Origin: Macrostomum lignano
Taxonomy: Eukaryota
Length of the DNA stretch: 64,000 nucleotides
NCBI GenBank assembly: GCA_002269645.1
Contig: NIVC01000738.1
Location: forward strand, 391,516-455,515
Direction: 5' to 3'
In this document: piece after piece, positions 26,934-38,894 of the stretch
How positions within the stretch are numbered: position 1 is the stretch's first letter
How the letters are laid out: every line of letters begins with the position of its first letter
Program-made: the position numbers and the translations under genes
Notes under the pieces: generated by a model
The model's input: the letters and a program-made list of their open reading frames with translations, nothing else
What the model was told of the DNA's origin: nothing
Databases searched by the model: none

Positions 26934-27966
26934 AAAGTAGACAGATTTTTTAAGATTTCAAGGCTTATGGGAGCATCGCTGAGACGTCAAGGGGGAGTTG
27001 ATATGTTAAGGCTTGTGGGGGGGATTGCTGACATGTCAAGGCTTACAAGGGTACTGGTAGCGTACTGAAGCATACTGGTAGAAGTAGCTCTGAAAGAAGG
27101 CAAGTATTGTTGAATTTCAATGTCTGTTATAAAATTCTGCACAAGCATGTTTTATTGGTACATAAGCCTGGAATTAAAATGAGAATTCGATTCCTAGCCC
27201 CCCTCCCTAAGAATTTTTTTTCATTTTAAAGGATTCGTTTCTTGCTTATTGGCCACCCCGAAGGGGGGCGCTAGATTGCTAGTCCAATATACTAAAAATG
27301 GTCTGTCGGTATGTGTGTGTGTGTATGTGTGTGTGTGTGATCGATTTTAGCAAAAACGGCTCAACCGATTTTCTTCGAACTTGCACTGTTCGATCAGAAA
27401 TTTTCCCGTGACAGTACATGCATCGTGGCTAAGAAATTGCTTGATGCTAAAGGGATTAAATATTCGAAAAACATGCTTTTTTGCAAAGGTCAAGCAGCTC
27501 TTTCGACTTGAAATGCATCGTAAGAATGCTAGCAGAAAAACTGACTGGTTGAATTCTGATTCTGAAATAGATTGCATCACAATACACTTTATTTATCGTC
27601 TGTGTACTGGCTGAATTTGACACTCAATTGAATTGCGTCACAGCTTTGAGTGTGAAAGCATAGCGCAGTACTGAATTTATATTACGTAACCATATTGTAA
27701 ACTTTCATAGACACAGGTACTGACTTGCCTAAGAAATTGATTATGTCATAACTGCTTCGTGAGACTTTTTACTCTACCTGACTTGGTGTGAGTGTTGAAT
27801 TATATAAGTGGTACAACATCACTGATAACTTCGATGAGAGCTAGCCTAGAGCTGAACAGACCAGACTGCTAATGCAGCGACCTAGGTTCGAATCTAAGTA
27901 GTTTAAAAGTAGTAGTGTAAAATTTTTTATTAAAAGGTTTTATTAAAGGACTAAATAAAAACACTT

Positions 27967-29160
27967 AGATTACTGCACTCGATAAGCCAAGGATTATTGC
28001 TATTAATAAACCAAGGACTACTGCACTCGATAAACCAAGGACTATTGCTCTTGGCAAACCAAAGATTACTGCACTTGATTAATCAAGGATTATTGCTATT
28101 AATAAACCAAGGATTACTGCACTCGATAAACCAAGGACTATTGCTCTTGGCAAACCAAGGATTACTGCACTCAAGAAGCCAAGAATTATTGCACTTGGAA
28201 AACCAAGGATTAATGCACTCGATAAACCAAGGACTATTGCTCTTGGCAAACCAAGGATTACTGCACTCAAGAAGCCAAGGATTATTGCACTTGGAAAACC
28301 AAGGATTACTGCACTCGATAAACCAAGGACTATTGCACTTAATAGGCCAAAGATTACTGCGCTTGATAAACCAAGGATTATTGCACTTGATAAACCAAGG
28401 ATTATTGCACTTGATAAGCCAAGGATTACTGCGCTTGATAAACCAAGGATTATTGCACTTGATAAACAAAGGATTGTTGCACTTGATAAACAAAGGATTA
28501 TTGCACTTGATAAACAAAGGATTATTGCACTTGATAAACCAAGGATTATTGCACTTGATAAGCCAAGGATTATTGCACTTGATAAGCCATGGATTATTGC
28601 ACTTGATAGTAAAGAATGTTGCACTTGATAAGCCAAGGATTAATGCACTGGATTATTCAAGGATTATTGATATTAATAAACCAAGGACTACTGCACTCGA
28701 TAAACCAAGGATTATTGCTCTTAATAAACCAAGGATTACTGCACTTGGAAAACTAAGGATTACTGCACTCGATAAACCAAAGACTATTGCACTTGATAAA
28801 CCAAGGATTATTGCACTTGATAGGCCAAGGATTACTGCACTTGATAAACCAAGGATTATTGCACTTGATAGGCCAAAGATTACTGCGCTTGATAAACCAA
28901 GGATTATTGCAGTTGATAAGCCAAGGATTATTGCACTTGATAAACCAAGGATTATTGCAGTTGATAAGCCAAGGATTATTGCACTTGATAAACCAAGGAT
29001 TATTGCACTTGATTAATCAAGGATTATTGCTATTAATAAACCAAGGATTATTGCACTAGCTGAGAAGCTGATTACTGCGCTGTCTAAAAAAGAGATTATT
29101 GCGCTCGCTGAGACGTGGATTGTTGCACAACCTGAGAAAGCGATTATTGCATTAGCGGAA
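27967..29160. repeat. Minisatellite A, third array, mainly a simple 24-bp monomer (TTGCACTTGATAAACCAAGGATTA)
   Basis: Direct reading. It decays at the 3' end. Confidence 0.9.
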
Positions 29161-29189
29161 GTAACATTTGCACTAGCTACTTGCTGTCT

Positions 29190-29692
29190 CGTGGATGCTT
29201 GCTCTCGAGGGGGGATACTTGCTATTTGGGAGAGGGGGTACTGGCTACATGCATGGGATTCTTTCTATCCAGGGATGCTTGCTATTCAGGGATTCTTGCT
29301 ATCTGCAGGATGCTTGCTATTTAGGGATTCTTGCTATCTGCAGGATGCTTGCTATCTGGGTGGATGCTTCTATAATATCTGGGGGGTGCTTGCTATCTGC
29401 AGAATGCTTCTATAATATCTGGGGGGTGCTTGCTATCTGCAGGATGCTTCTATAATATCTGGGGGTGCTTGCTATCTGCAGGATGCTTCTATAATATCTG
29501 GGGGTGCTTGATATCTGCAGAATGCTTGCTATCTGAGTGGATGCTTGCTATCTGGGTGGATGCTTCTATAATATCTGGGGGGTGCTTGCTAATCTGCAGA
29601 TGCTTGCTATCTGTGGTGATTCTTGCTATGAGCATTAGAGGATGCTTGCTATCTGCGATTGTTCACTTTTGGAGGGGGTTGCTTGCTGTCTT
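29190..29692. repeat. Minisatellite D in U4
   Basis: Direct reading. Confidence 0.8.
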
Positions 29693-30524
29693 GGGAATAT
29701 TTTCTATTTAGTGAAACGATATTTTGTTGACTGTTTGTTAATTTTAGAGAAAAAGTGATTTTTTAATTTTGCAAACATCTTAGTCCGTGACAATTTTACA
29801 CGAATAAGGTGATTTTTAAAATGTGAAGAAGGAATTAGTGTTTAAGAAAATGTGTTTTTTTATTGTTTTCCATGAACTATTTTTGCTCCTTTCTTATTGG
29901 GCGCCCCGAAGGGGGGCCGCACTAGATTGCTAGTCCTATATACTAAAAATGAAATGTCTGTGTGTATGTGTGAGATAGATTCCAGAAAAAACGGCTCAAC
30001 CGATTTTCTTCAAACTTGCACCATTCGATCGGAAATTTTCCTGGGACGGTACATGCATCCTGGCTAAGAAATTTCTCAATGTTAAAGGGATTAAATATTC
30101 GAAAAACATGCTTTTTTGCAAAGGTCAAGCAGCTCTTTCGACCTAAAATTCATTGTAAGAATGCTAGAGAAAAAACAGACTGGCTGAATTCCGATTGTGA
30201 TAAAGATTGCATCACAACAAGTTGAAAACAGTGCCGAAGAAATGCACACACGACTTGAATGAAATTGCGTAACCATATTGCTAACTCAAATTGAGACTGA
30301 TACTGGCTGACTGAGAAATTGATTATGTCATAACTTTTTACTCCAATTGACTTGCTGTAAGAATTGAATTATAAGGGCCACAATTCATGTTATCCAATTG
30401 AAAATAGATAGCCAAGATGCAAACAGACTGGAATGCTAATGTAGCGACCTGGGTTCGAATCTTAGTAGTGCAAAAATATTTTTTTATCAAAACACCTTAA
30501 AAACACAAAACTGCTAAACATAAT

Positions 30525-32900
30525 AGAAGCGGAATGTCAAACATAGAAGAGCCACCATGTCAAACATAAAAGAGCCACCATGCCTAACATAAAATAAGCA
30601 CTATGTCAAACATATACGTGACTCCATGTCAACGATTAAAAAGCCACCATGTCAAAACTAAACGAGCCACCACGTCTAACATTTATGTGACTTTATGTCA
30701 AACATTTAAGTGTCACCATATCAAACATCAAATAGCCACTTTGTCGAACATTAAAGAGCCACCGTGTCAAACATAAAAGAGCCACCATGTTAAACATAGA
30801 AGAGCCACCATGTCAAACATAAAATAGCCACCATGTCAGACATTAAAAAGCCACCGTATCAAACATAAAAGAGCCACCATGTAGAATATTAAAGAGCCAC
30901 CATGAAGAACATTAAAGAGCCACCGTGTCAAACATTTGGGAGCCACCATGTCAGACATTAAAAAGCCACCATGTCGAACATAAAAGAGTTACCATGTAGA
31001 ACATTAAAGAGCCACCATTTCAAACAGTAAAGAGCCGCCATGTCAAACATTTAGGAGCCACCATGTCAAACATTTAAGAGCCACCATCTCAAACATATAT
31101 GTGACTTTATGTCAAACTTTCAAGAGCCACCATTTCGAACATTAAATAGCCACTTTGTCAAACATTAGAGAGCCGCCATGTCAAACATAAGGAGCCACCA
31201 GGTTAAACATTTAAGAGCCACCATGTCAAACATTAAAGAGCCACTATGTCAAAACATAAAAGTGCCATCATGTCAGACATTAAAAGCCACCGTGTCAAAC
31301 ATAAAAGAGCCACCAGGTTAAACATTAAAGAGCCACCATGTCAAACAATAAAGAGCCACCATGTTGAACATAAAAGAGCTACCATGTCAAACATTTAAGA
31401 GCTACCATGTCAAACATTTAAGAGCTACCATGTCAAACATTAAAGAGCCACTATGTCAAAACATAAAAGTGCCATCATGTCAAACCTAAAAGAGCCACCA
31501 TGTCAAACATAAAAGAGCCACCATTTCGAACATTAAAGAGCCATCATTTCAAACAGTAAAGAGCCACCATGTCAAACATAAAAGAGCCACCATTTCGAAC
31601 ATTAAAGAGCCATCATTTCAAACAGTAAAGAGCCACCATGTCAAACATAAAAGAGCCACCATGTCAAACATTAAAAAGCCACTTTGTCTAACATTAAAGA
31701 GCCACCATGTCAAACATTTAAGAGCCACCATGTCAGACATTTAAGAGCCACCATGTCAGACATTAAAAAGCCACCGTATCAAACATAAAAGAGTTACCAT
31801 GTAGAACAAAAAAAGCAACCATGTCGAACAAAAAAGAGCCACCATATAGAATATTAATTAAAGAGCCACCATGTTGAACATTTTAGAGTCACCGTGTCTA
31901 ACATTTAAGATCCACCATGTTAAACATAAAAGAGCCACCATTTCAAACAGTAAAAAGCCACCATGTCGAACATAAAAGAGCCACCATGTCAAACATTAAA
32001 AAGCGACTTTGTCTAACATTAAAGAGCCAACATGTCAAACATTAAAAAGCCACCATGTCAAACATAAAAGAGCCACCATTTCAAACATAAAATAGCCACC
32101 ATGTCAGTCATTAAAAAGCCACCGTATCAAACATAAAAGAGTTACCATGTAGAATATTAAAGAGCCACCATGTCAAACATTTAATAGCCACCATGTTAAA
32201 CATAGAAGAGCCACCATGTCAAACATTAAAAAGCCACCATGTCGAACATAAAAGAGCCACCATGTAGAATATTGAAGAGCCACCATGAAGAACATTAAAG
32301 AGCCACCATGTCAAACATTTAAGAGCCACCATGTCAAACATTTAAGAGCCACCATCTCAAACATATTTGTGACTTTATGTCAAACTTTAAAGAGCCACCA
32401 TTTCGAACATTAAATAGCCACTATGTCAAACATTAGAGAGCCGCCGTGTCAAACATAAGGAGCCACCAGGTTAAACATTAAAGAGCCACCATGTCAAACA
32501 ATAAAGAGCCACCATGTAAAACATAAAAGAGCCACCATGTCAGACAATAAAAGCCACCGTGTCAAACATAAAAGAGCCACCAGGTTAAACATTAAAGAGC
32601 CACCATGTCAAACAATAAAGAGCCACCATGTCAAACATAAAAGAGTTACCATGTCAAACATTTAAGAGCTACCATGTCAAACATTTAAGAGCTACCATGT
32701 CAAACATTAAAGAGCCACTATGTCAAAACATAATAGTGCCATCATGTCAAACCTAAAAGAGCCACCATGTCAAACATAAAAGAGCCACCATTTCGAACAG
32801 TAAAGAGCCACCATGTCAAGTATAAAAGAGCCACCATGTCAACATAAAAGAGCCACCATGTCAAACATTAAAGAGCCACCATGCCAAACATAAAAGATAC
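30525..32900. repeat. Minisatellite C (~23-24 bp, AAAGAGCCACCATGTCAAACAT(A/T)A)
   Basis: Direct reading. More diverged than A or B. Confidence 0.92.
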
Positions 32901-32977
32901 ACAATTTCAAACGTAAAAGTAAGCGAATTTTAAAGGAGCCACTATAATGCTAAGGAAATTGTCGCACTAGCTACTTA

Positions 32978-33357
32978 TTGTCTGGTGGATGCTTGCTATC
33001 TGGGGATGCTTGCTATCTGGGGGATGCTTGCTATTTGGGGGATGCTATCTATCTGGGGATGCTTGCTATCTGGGGGATGCTTGCTATCTGGGGGATGCTT
33101 GCTATCTGGGGGATGCTTGCTATCTGGGGGATGCTTGCTATCTGGGGGATGCTTGCTATCTGGGGGATGCTTGCTATCTGGGGGATGCTTGCTATCTGGG
33201 GGATGCTTGCTATCTGGGGGATGCTTGCTATCTGGGGGATGCTTGCTATCTGGGGGATGCTTGCTATCTGGGGGATGCTTGCTATCTGGGGGATGCTTGC
33301 TATCCGGGGGATGCTTGCAATCTGGGGGATGCTTGCTATCTGGGGGATGCTTGCTGT
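32978..33357. repeat. Minisatellite D in U5, homogenised 18-bp repeat (GGGGGATGCTTGCTATCT)
   Basis: Nearly perfect tandem. It gives 6-aa periodic ORFs in three frames. Confidence 0.92.
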
Positions 33358-33490
33358 CTTTTTGCATTGCACTTCATTTAAGTATTTTGTCTGTTTTCTT
33401 TGTGAATACTTTATTTGGCTATCTTTTTGTTACTTGTAGAGAGCAGAGATTCTATACAGATGCCCCCTAACGGGGGGCGAAGATTGCTAG

Positions 33491-33705
33491 TCACTCTCTA
33501 AATCTTTTGGTTTGTGTTCCCTCGTGTTCTTTCTTTTCTTGTACTGTACCTGCGGCTATTGGAGAAAGACTGGTAGGACTCGCCGACCGGCGATAGGCGA
33601 TTAGGATTAATAGCTTTAAAATCTCCAAACGCTCCAAGTAGGTTTGTCTAGGGCCTAAATAATTGCTTACCGTGCATGCTATTATCTAATTGCCTATTTA
33701 TCACA
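33491..33705 (-). mobile_element. Probable 5' part of another LTR (begins TGTGA on the minus strand) that truncates the gypsy protease ORF
   Basis: The protease ORF switches abruptly to TGTGATAAATAGG at 33705. The other end was not found. Inference only. Confidence 0.3.
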
Positions 33706-34117
33706 CAGGGCCGGCTCCGTTCAAAAGGTGGACGCTCGCCAGGGATTGGGCGTCGAGCAGGCGGCGCTGCGGCAGGTCCACCAGCAACCCGTGGTGCCGG
33801 AGAAAATCTGCGCCGATTAGTGGTCGGGAAACCGCTGCCAGAACGAAAGGCCACGAGCAACGCCGGATGCCAAGATCCAGAGTGAGCTGGCGTGTGCCGA
33901 AAGTCTGGATTTTTCTGCCGTTGGCTGCATAGAGCGGTGGTCCTTGGCACTTCAGTCGGGCGTCTGTTCCGGCGACCGGGAAAATACTGATCTCGGCGCC
34001 CGTGTCCACTAGGAAGCGCCGGCCTGACTGTACATCCGGGATGAGGAGCAGACTGCTGTCGCCGGCCGCCGAGCTGTTCACTGACGGCCGGCCTGCTCGT
34101 CTCCCTGAAACTTGCAT
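33706..34117 (-). pseudogene. Retrotransposon aspartic protease, truncated before RT
   Basis: FLVDTGAEISIFP, LYAANG..I.TFG and PLIGADFLRHHGLLVDL motifs. Confidence 0.85.
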
Positions 34118-34296
34118 GGTGCTTCGCAGCGTCTAGCCTTCGCGCCGAACTTCTTGTGATAGTAACAAAGGCCTTTGGCTTCCCCGGGGCGACCTTAGAG
34201 TCCTGCTAAAGCGGTTGGTACCGCTCTGACGTGCGACTGAGATCACAGGAAGGTCGGGCTGCTGAACTTCTGCAACCACTGGCTGCGGTCGGCTTG

Positions 34297-34878
34297 TCAA
34301 GAGCTTGTCGGCGAGGAGCGCCACTGCTCGCGGGTCTTTAAATCAGCGGAGACTAACGCTATGCGGATGTCCACCGGAAGCTGCTGGCGGAAAAGCTCTT
34401 CAAAAAGCAGGCACGGCGAATCGTCGCCCAGCAGAGCCAACATTTCGTCCATTAGTTCGGACGGCCGCCTATCACCGAGGCCAGCTATGTTGAGCAACCG
34501 GTTGGCCCGCTGTTGTCGCGACAAACTAAAAGTGCCAAGAAGGCGAGCTTTCAGCTGCATGTACTTGCCCGTGTTGGGAGGGCTCTCAAGCACGTCTAGG
34601 AGTCGCTCGGCAGACTGTTGGTCAAGTGCTGCGACCAGGTAGTGGTATTTGGTCTCGTCCTGTGTAATGCCTCGCAATGTGAACTGCGCTTCTGCTTGGA
34701 TGAACCAAGCTCGGGGCTGGGAGGTCCAGAACTGCAGCAGCTTGAGTGCCACGGCATTGATGGGAGCTGTGGTTCCGCCGACTGCAAAGGTGACTTCAGG
34801 TTCTGAAGGTTCTGAAGAATTGACGGTAGCTCCGTCAGTTGTGCTACCGTTAGCTTCTTCGTGTTCGGGCATACTCAA
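34297..34878 (-). pseudogene. gag: Ty3/gypsy Gag, frameshifted near its 3' end
   Basis: VALKL..FW...PRAWFIQAEAQFTLRGIT.DETKYHYLVAALD and LGDRRPSELMDEM motifs typical of this gag family. Confidence 0.85.
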
Positions 34879-36399
34879 AAGCTATTTGAGCAGTCGGGCT
34901 CACCAGTTTGGCGGCTTGCTGAGCAAGGCGAATCTTAAAGGAACACGGATGGTTTTATATTTGATTATGCCCGTGGGCTAAATAGATTAGCACGGTGCGT
35001 AAAAGCAAAAGTGGTGTCATAGACTACGAGTGAAAGTCATTAGGCTAGCCGCCACAGGGTTGTATTTAATGAATTTTCGACAAAAATAAAAACTTTTCAA
35101 AACCCAAAACGCATGAACAAGTAACACGAATTCGAGGTCGATCCACAGTCAACAATTTAGTTTGTTCCAGTCGCACTATAGGGGTCACGATGTACCGTAC
35201 TTAAAATCAATTGCTAATAGCGACGGAGCAGTAATAAAGTTAAAATTGAGTTGACAGTCAACGCAGTCGTCGACTAAGTCTTTTTCCGCCTCTCGTAGTA
35301 GTATTTTGGACTCAAAAAGACTCGATGAGTTGGCGATTTGAATGTCCGAGGTCCGCTTGTACTGTACGTGCGGACTCCAACTAGACTCTGGTGGCCAGTC
35401 CGTTCCATAATTTGCTGCAAGGACCACTAGGAACACTTACTTCGTTCTAGTCTAGTATTCCTTGATTTGCTGTTCTTCTAGCCAGACTGAAAGAGTACCG
35501 CTCCTCAGATACTTGGCCTTGAAGAAACAATGGCGAGAGAAGCAGCCATGCCCCGAGAGGGCCATGCTAACTTCTTGACGTACATGTAACATGGGCTGCA
35601 TGAGAACCCATGATGTGCAACCTCTGGACTCTGGCGCTAAAAGGTACGCAACCACCAGGCATTGTCCCCTAGACTTCCGCCTCTGGATAGTACGGTGGCT
35701 GACGTTGCAGCCAAGATCCCATTATCTAGACAACGGGCCCGGGTTGTTTTCAGGTACACGTGCCAGAGGCGCGGCCGCCACCAGGAGTGCAGGAGTGCAC
35801 CCGGTGAAAACTCCCAATAACGAGACAGGACTCCCGGTCTGTAACAGACGAAGGTTCTTGACCTCAACTGTACTAGAAATGACCGATTAAGGGGCTCTAT
35901 GGGAGTATGCGAGGCATACAAGGACAGTCCAGCCAGTGCTGGAAACGGGGCAGACCGGGCTGACTATACCCAAAGACAGCGGAAACGAGAGACGAATACC
36001 TTACAGACGCGGCCAGACGCGACCGACGGGCATTGCTGCTTGGCACGGTGCTCGTCGCATAGTCGCGGCAGCAGCAGCAGTCACGGACGATCATTCCAGA
36101 CGAGGCGCGTCAGGAGGCTTGAAGCCAAGGGAAGTTACTGCTCAGCACCGAAGGGAGAGAAAAAACTCCAAACAGCTGTAACAGCTCCAAAGGGTGGGAG
36201 AAGAAACGGTGGGGGAAGAGAGTAGGGAAAGGGAAAGGGGGAGCGCAGTGGCGGAGGAAGAGGCGGTGCCAAGGAGATGGCACTCATGGGCTCAAAAAAC
36301 GAGCTCTTATTTATAGCCCTGAGATCACGCGCCACGCGATCACGTGAGCGCGATTCGTGATGTTGAAAGGCGTGACTTGTCCTTGACCTCCGTTACCAA

Positions 36400-37088
36400 G
36401 CACTACTAGACCCAATTTTTCCCTCAAATATTTTTCTAGCAACTCCTTTTTAATTGTTTCCTTTGCTGAATGAGCAAGTCTATTATGTCTTTAAGAATTT
36501 TTTCAACGACTTCAGAATGATTAACTAGCTTCCGCCCTGCTTTTCTTTAGGCACAAAAGAAGTATCTAACAATTTGTTTCTTTTCTCTCTGTATTCTGAA
36601 TAAATTTAGAGAGCTGCTTGAACCTCTTCTAGAGTTTTTCTGTTATCATCAATTGCCTTTTAGGAGTAAATATTTAATCTCTCTCTGTTGATTTGCCAGA
36701 TCTCTGAGAACAATGTATTTTACCTTCTGCTTTTGGCAATGCATTCTCACAGTTGCAAACAACGACATGAATTTTACAGTTTCAAAACCACTCATTGCCC
36801 CGATTACTACTCCAATGACTAAGGGATTCAATGTCAGTACCGATGTTGCTATGCCAATTGCTGTAGCAGCCAAGAGACTTAAATTTCCTGTCACAATGTT
36901 GATCTAATTTATCCTGCTACTTTGTCGTTTGTATTGTTTACCTTTTTGCTATAAATTGTAAGATCTTTAGTAATGCATTCAATACTGCCTTTGATTTCAC
37001 CCTTTCTCTGATTGAAATAGTCCCGCTCCCTCAAATCTGCTTCATGCAGCTCAACCACAGGATAGATGTGTTCATTTTCATCATTCAT
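36400..37088 (-). pseudogene. Polinton/adintovirus conserved membrane protein (gasderminX-like), disrupted
   Basis: Hand translation: hydrophobic GNLSLLAATAIGIATSVLTLNPLVIGVVIGA, then a K-rich helix and KAIDDN..TLEEV..ALKIYSEY. Several stops/frameshifts. The 3' end is uncertain. Confidence 0.5.
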
Positions 37089-37090
37089 TT

Positions 37091-38462
37091 TTATGTGGCA
37101 ATTATGTCTAAAATCGGATAAAGTTGAAAGCCTGAAACTATAAGAACAGTTGATCCTTCAGTGGCTGAATTAATATGCACTCTATAAACAGAGAATTTTT
37201 CGGTGGAAGCTACTTCAAAATATTTCATCACTCCAGGAACTAAACCAGCGTTTTCGGTAGACAAAATATTCTTAAAGTCTCTCTTGTTATTGCTTCCTTT
37301 CAGAATAAAACTTTTTGGTTGATTTTTTCTAATTTCATCACCTACTGCTTTGGTTCATTTCAATCCGAATTTCTAAATTTGAATAGACTCGGGAATTTGT
37401 AATGCAATGTAAGAATTGAGATCATTCCCCGATGCCCATTCTGAATTAGATACTATATAACCCCAATTATCTGACGTTGCAAATGCTCCTGGTGACGCTA
37501 CATCGAAACCCCTTTCTCCATAGTTTTGACGTGTTGCTAGTGAGGGAATATATCCTGTATAAGATTTGAAACCTAGTCCCCGCCTTAGTCGCAGCTCCAC
37601 TGATTCAAGTGCATTGTCTACGTATAGCTTTGGTACAGCTTGAAGTCTATCTATAGGCCACACTAAATCATTAACCACTGTTTGTCTCTCAAGTAATTCA
37701 ACTTTTGTAAGCTTTACGGAACCAGAAAAATTAAGAGAATAATGGAAATAATATGAGGGATTGGGTATTTTTTTCCTAAGATGTGCATTGCCCCTTCGTA
37801 GTTCAATGGGTGCACTTTGTTCAACAGGTGTCCAGTTTGTTCCATTTAGGCTCACACTAACAGACCAACCAGGCCACACCTCTCCTTCCAACTTTATCTC
37901 TACAACTTTCCTAGCTCTTTTCAGAAATTGAACTCGTATCCACTTGTCTGAGTCATCTACACTGCTCCATTCTGAAGCTGGGTTTGAATCTGCAACATGA
38001 TATGCTGCTGAAGAGTAATGAGAAGCGGTCACTTTCATGTCAGGATGGGAAGCGTTTGAAGTCAGTAATAATGACTAATTTCGAACTCTCTGTACCTCCC
38101 GCAGTACCTTGCCTTTCTGCTAACAAAGTGTCAATCTCAGTTTTAGAATACATCTTAGTGTCAATTTCGGTTTTAGAATACATCTTAGTGTCAATCTCAG
38201 TTTTTGTGTAGACATTGTTTACGCGCCCATGAGCATCGTCAATTAATTGTAACACGGTGATATTCATTGCGTCACTATCTTCCTTGCAATAAGAGTCTGA
38301 AACATTTCTCTTTGCTAACAATAAATTATCTATTTCCTCTCTCTTATATCCTTCATTTTCATTGATGTATCGATCATCAGCTAACGCTATTGTTATTCCA
38401 GGTGCTATATCATTTGAATTTGACGAGTAACCAAATTGATTTGCAGTATTCTTGTAACTCAT
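37091..38462 (-). pseudogene. Fibre/spike-like protein with Y(T/S)KTEID repeats and two F5/8C (discoidin)-like domains; broken by frameshifts and a stop
   Basis: YTKTEIDTKM x3. First domain VTASHYSS..WIRVQF..SLNGTNWTPV; second domain YIALQIP..PKSFILKGSNN..YRVHI..GFQLY. ATGA overlap with the protease stop. Confidence 0.55.
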
Positions 38463-38885
38463 TTTAATTGCTGCAAAATTTCATTATAGCTATCTCCTTT
38501 ATCGATTTGGTGTAAAAAGTACAGAAAAATTTGACCACAATATTTCTTATCAAAAGTTTGAATTTGTTCTTCCATGTCTCCATATATTCTATTCTTTGTG
38601 TGATTAAACTTTTCGATAGTTTCTAGTGTGGGTGGTAGTGCATAGGAATAAAAAAACTTTATCAGGAGCTGAAAAGATAGCTGAATGATGTATACCTCGT
38701 TCTTTCGAAGTGTGAATATTTGTCATAAAGTAACCATACTGTGGTAAATCAACAATTTCATCTCTAATGGCATAGCGAAATGGTTTTAACTTGAGATATT
38801 TTGCCCAATTTATCATATCAATATTTGTCGTAGTGTCAGTCCCAAACTTTTGTTTAAATGCATTCCATGTCTCAGCTTCGCTCAT
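38459..38885 (-). pseudogene. Polinton adenain-type cysteine protease, one frameshift in a T7 run
   Basis: TTNIDMINWAK..RDE..NIHTSKERGIHH (His motif). After the shift: YSYALPP..QIQTFDKKYCGQIFLYFL (Gln/Cys motif). Confidence 0.8.
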
Positions 38886-38894
38886 TTTCAACAC

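Larger units (their letters stand above)
14840..27282 (+). mobile_element. Non-autonomous Helitron-like unit U3 (same architecture as U1 plus the 273-bp array)
   Basis: 5' TCCATATACTAAAAATG. 3' hairpin CCCCGAAGGGG (27252-27269), then CTAG (27279-27282). Module order matches U1. Confidence 0.75.
27283..29933 (+). mobile_element. Non-autonomous Helitron-like unit U4 (head - tRNA-like - satA - satD - terminator)
   Basis: 5' TCCAATATACTAAAAATG plus a (TG)n microsatellite. 3' hairpin GCGCCCCGAAGGGGGGC (about 29900-29918), then CTAG (29930-29933). Confidence 0.75.
29934..33490 (+). mobile_element. Non-autonomous Helitron-like unit U5 (head - tRNA-like - satC - satD - terminator)
   Basis: 5' TCCTATATACTAAAAATG. 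3' hairpin GCCCCCTAACGGGGGGC (33462-33478), then CTAG|T at 33487-33491. The joined flanks give an A|T target without TSD. Confidence 0.75.
33706..35054 (-). mobile_element. Truncated Ty3/gypsy LTR retrotransposon (LTR - PBS - gag - protease)
   Basis: 146-bp LTR at 34909-35054 with 8-bp terminal inverted repeats (TGGCGGCT..AGCCGCCA). PBS TGGTGAGCCCGAC, then gag and protease ORFs. Confidence 0.85.

Noticed and set aside
2786-33357. CRISPR-like appearance of 23-24-bp repeats
   Set aside because: The repeats are contiguous with no unique spacers, there are no cas genes, and the context is eukaryotic.
33706-35059. CAGGG at both 33706 and 35055 as a TSD
   Set aside because: The segment between them is a truncated element with one LTR and the left copy lies inside the protease coding sequence, so it cannot be that element's TSD.
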